Shown: one piece after another, positions 61,462 to 64,000 of the stretch
Numbering within the stretch: position 1 is the first letter of the stretch
Layout of the letters: each line of letters opens with the position of its first letter
DNA from: a virus
DNA: 64,000 nucleotides
Reading direction: 5' to 3' (one strand)
IMG/VR virus record: IMGVR_UViG_3300046819_000377
Location: 3,802 to 67,801 of that record
Program-made: the position numbers and the translations under genes
Notes under the pieces: model-generated
The model's database searches: none
Told to the model about the DNA's origin: nothing
The model's input: only the letters and a program-made list of their open reading frames with translations

Positions 61462-64000
61462 ATGACAATTCATAAAATCAAATCGGGTCGTGTGACTTCG
61501 CTATCAGCCGACCAATATGTAGGCGAAAAAGGTACAATATTTTATAATGAATCAGTTGGTGATTTACGTATAAGTGATGGAAGAACCCCAGGCGGTATCC
61601 CATTGAATACTGGTGCTGGTGGCAATGTTGGAGCAACTGGACCTGCTGGTATTGATGGTGCTACTGGACCTGCTGGTGTTGACGGAATTATTGGTGTTGA
61701 TGGTGCTACTGGTCCTGCTGGTATTGACGGAATTATTGGTGTTGATGGTGCTACTGGACCTGCTGGTGTTGACGGAATTATTGGTGTAGATGGTGCTACT
61801 GGACCTGCTGGTATTGATGGTGCTACTGGACCTGCTGGTATTGACGGAATTATTGGCGTAGATGGTGCTACTGGACCTGCTGGTGTTGATGGTGCTACTG
61901 GACCTGCTGGTATTGACGGAATTATTGGCGTAGATGGTGCTACTGGTCCTGCTGGTATTGATGGAATTATTGGCGTAGATGGTGCTACTGGTCCTGCTGG
62001 CGTTGACGGAATTATTGGTGTTGATGGTGCTACTGGACCTGCTGGTGTTGATGGTGCTACTGGTCCTGCTGGTATTGACGGAATTATTGGTGTAGATGGT
62101 GCTACTGGACCTGCTGGTATTGACGGAATTATTGGCGTAGATGGTGCTACTGGACCTGCTGGTATTGATGGTGCTACTGGACCTGCTGGTATTGATGGAA
62201 TTATTGGCGTAGATGGTGCTACTGGTCCTGCTGGCGTTGACGGAATTATTGGTGTTGATGGTGCTACTGGACCTGCTGGTACATTTGGTGGTGAAGCATT
62301 TGATTATTTTTATAATATATTAACTGATGATTCAAATCCTGGATCTGGTGTTTTTCGATTCAATAATACTTTATTTAATAATGCTAGTTTATTACATATC
62401 AGTACACTTGACCATTATGGAGTGTCCACCTACAATTATTTGGTGACAATTGATGATTCTACTTCCGCGATAAAAGGTCATTTTTCAGTTTCAAACAAAA
62501 CAAATCAAGCTGTATATGCCATGTTTGCAATAACAGGCAATATCATAATTCATGATGATTACATCACCGTTCCTATCACTCATCTATCAGGAGCAACATC
62601 ATATGATGACAACTTGGACGTTATTATTACCTTTGCTAGAACTGGCGATAAAGGTGAGATGGGTGCATCTGGGGTACAAGGTATACAAGGCGCTAGTGGA
62701 TCCACCGGAGTAGCCGGTGCCAGTGGGATAATTGGCCTAATTGGGGCAACTGGTGTCCAAGGCACAGCTGGTTTACAAGGAGCGAGTGGTGTAAGTTTAC
62801 CTGGCGCATCAGGCAGTCGTGGCGCATCTGGTTCAATCGGGTATATTGGGGCAACTGGACCAGCTGGTTCACAAGGCATTGATGGTGAGATCGGACCAAT
62901 TGGTCCAACTGGAGCTGCGGGACCAATTGGTCCGAATGGAGCTAGTGGTGCTACCGGGGTGATTGGTGCAAGCGGCGTTGGTGCAAGCGGGTCTACTGGT
63001 ATTCAGGGTGTTCAAGGTGCTAGTGGTATTCGCGGCGCATCTGGCACACAGGGAGCAAGTGGGATACAAGGAGCTAGTGGCATCCAAGGTGCAAGTGGTA
63101 TTCAAGGTGCAAGTGGTGCTACCGGAGTAATCGGTGCTAGTGGTATTCAAGGTGCTAGTGGTATTCAAGGTGCTAGTGGTGCAACTGGTACCCAAGGCGC
63201 AAGTGGTGCACAAGGTGCATCTGGAATTCAAGGCACAGTTGGGGTGCAAGGCGCAAGCGGTGCTACCGGAGTAATCGGTGCTACTGGCATCAGTGGAGCG
63301 AGTGGGGCAGCGGGACAATCAGGAAATGCTGGCAGTATTGGTGCAACTGGTGTTCAGGGAACTCAAGGTGCATCTGGTGTTCAGGGAACCCAAGGTGCGT
63401 CCGGAATTCAAGGCGCTAGTGGATCAACTGGTATCACAGGTGCAACTGGAACTCAAGGTAATCAAGGAGCTAGTGGTGTTCAAGGCGCAAGTGGCGTTCA
63501 AGGTATTCAAGGTATTCAAGGAGCCAGCGGATCATCTGGTTTAACTGGGGCAACTGGTACCCAAGGCGCTAGTGGATCAACAGGGATTACAGGTGCTACT
63601 GGAACTCAAGGCAATCAAGGCGCAAGTGGTATTCAAGGCGCATCTGGTACTCAAGGAATTCAAGGCGCAAGTGGTATTCAAGGGGCATCTGGTATTCAGG
63701 GTGCATCTGGTATTCAAGGGGCATCTGGTATTCAAGGGGCATCTGGTATTCAAGGGGCATCTGGTATTCAAGGTGCATCTGGTATTCAAGGCGCTAGTGG
63801 TATTCAAGGTGCCAGTGGAATTCAAGGCGCATCTGGTATTCAAGGCGCTAGTGGTATTCAAGGCGCTAGTGGAATTCAAGGCGCTAGTGGTTCTACTGGT
63901 ATTACCGGTGCTACTGGTCCGCAAGGTTCCTTCGGTGGTGCTGCTCTTGATTATTTCTATTCAACTAATACCGCCGATACCGACCCAGGTACTGGTTATT
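61462..64000 (+). CDS. collagen-like repeat giant structural protein (3' end beyond window)
   Basis: ATG 61462, SD GGAAG. Frame open to 64000. Two Gly-X-Y collagen-like tracts separated by a globular domain (..FGGEAFDYFYN..) that is repeated at 63928 (..FGGAALDYFYS..). Confidence 0.7.
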   Translation, partial: MTIHKIKSGRVTSLSADQYVGEKGTIFYNESVGDLRISDGRTPGGIPLNTGAGGNVGATGPAGIDGATGPAGVDGIIGVDGATGPAGIDGIIGVDGATGPAGVDGIIGVDGATGPAGIDGATGPAGIDGIIGVDGATGPAGVDGATGPAGIDGIIGVDGATGPAGIDGIIGVDGATGPAGVDGIIGVDGATGPAGVDGATGPAGIDGIIGVDGATGPAGIDGIIGVDGATGPAGIDGATGPAGIDGIIGVDGATGPAGVDGIIGVDGATGPAGTFGGEAFDYFYNILTDDSNPGSGVFRFNNTLFNNASLLHISTLDHYGVSTYNYLVTIDDSTSAIKGHFSVSNKTNQAVYAMFAITGNIIIHDDYITVPITHLSGATSYDDNLDVIITFARTGDKGEMGASGVQGIQGASGSTGVAGASGIIGLIGATGVQGTAGLQGASGVSLPGASGSRGASGSIGYIGATGPAGSQGIDGEIGPIGPTGAAGPIGPNGASGATGVIGASGVGASGSTGIQGVQGASGIRGASGTQGASGIQGASGIQGASGIQGASGATGVIGASGIQGASGIQGASGATGTQGASGAQGASGIQGTVGVQGASGATGVIGATGISGASGAAGQSGNAGSIGATGVQGTQGASGVQGTQGASGIQGASGSTGITGATGTQGNQGASGVQGASGVQGIQGIQGASGSSGLTGATGTQGASGSTGITGATGTQGNQGASGIQGASGTQGIQGASGIQGASGIQGASGIQGASGIQGASGIQGASGIQGASGIQGASGIQGASGIQGASGIQGASGIQGASGIQGASGSTGITGATGPQGSFGGAALDYFYSTNTADTDPGTGY
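61597..62280 (+). repeat. collagen-like tandem repeat (GATGPAGIDGIIGVD units, 27/45-nt period)
   Basis: Near-perfect nucleotide repeats ggtgctactggacctgctggtattgatgga... Confidence 0.85.
62640..63930 (+). repeat. collagen-like tandem repeat (GASGIQ units, 18-nt period)
   Basis: Nine consecutive identical 18-mers around 63700-63860. Confidence 0.85.

Noticed and set aside
62580-63924. Minus-strand and off-frame ORFs (62580-62879, 62693-62926, 62869-63318, 63577-63924 on the minus strand; 63278-63544 on the plus strand) rich in Pro/Thr/Leu
   Set aside because: They lie inside the collagen-like repeat of the plus-strand giant gene. A GGT/GCT-rich repeat gives open frames on all strands. These are artefacts of low complexity.
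1-64000. Possibility that this is a eukaryotic giant virus (MORN repeats, collagen-like repeats, BCS1-like ATPase, low GC)
   Set aside because: Prokaryotic signals dominate: consensus sigma70 promoters, Shine-Dalgarno sites, rho-independent terminators, lipoboxes, ATGA translational coupling, and T4-type GIY-YIG/HNH free-standing endonucleases.
1-64000. tRNA genes, CRISPR arrays, integrase/att sites
   Set aside because: Intergenic gaps are short (mostly under 100 nt) and occupied by promoters or terminators. No cloverleaf-like or direct-repeat-spacer structure was seen. A tRNA scan could not be run, so absence is not proven.

Overview
This window reads as bacteriophage DNA, most likely from a large T4-like (Tevenvirinae-like) virus of a Gram-negative host. 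It is AT-rich (about one-third G+C by eye) and densely packed. It has near-consensus sigma70-type promoters (TTGACA, 16-17 nt spacer, TATAAT), Shine-Dalgarno sites, rho-independent terminators and very frequent ATGA/TAATG stop-start overlaps.

Strand layout:
- 1-34290 runs on the + strand. It is an early-type region of small ORFs with an NAD+ salvage module (nadV NAMPT, natV NMNAT-Nudix, a NADAR domain protein, a MazG-like protein), two AAA+ ATPases, MORN-variant repeat proteins, an SPFH lipoprotein and a BI-1/YccA-like protein.
- 34313-44669 runs on the - strand. It is a chain of small ORFs interrupted by a free-standing + strand GIY-YIG homing endonuclease.
- 44728-50327 is mostly + strand. 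It holds an SDR epimerase, an HNH homing endonuclease, an SLT-like transglycosylase, an AlgH/YqgE-like protein and a secreted non-specific nuclease, followed by a - strand GIY-YIG homing endonuclease.
- 50430-51617 is a - strand 5-aminolevulinate synthase.
- 51655 to the window end is a + strand virion and tail-fibre-like module. It ends in a collagen-like giant gene that is still open at position 64000.

The most striking feature is a family of about 45 small proteins (65-120 aa) with a conserved C-terminal motif, roughly [DE][DE]xHYTWF(I/L)L(R/K)W(S/G)-stop. In several arrays the codons for ...LRWS-stop (TTGAGGTGGTCATGA) also supply the ribosome-binding site and the ATG of the next gene. A second tandem family of about 13 genes (MNEKIKE...HFG(V/I)E-stop) has conserved TAATGA junctions. 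Four otherwise unrelated proteins share an N-terminus MR(A/F)xEF(L/M/S), which resembles a T4-type capsid-targeting sequence.

No rRNA, tRNA or CRISPR array was recognised. All functional calls rest on motifs read from the translations; no database search was possible.
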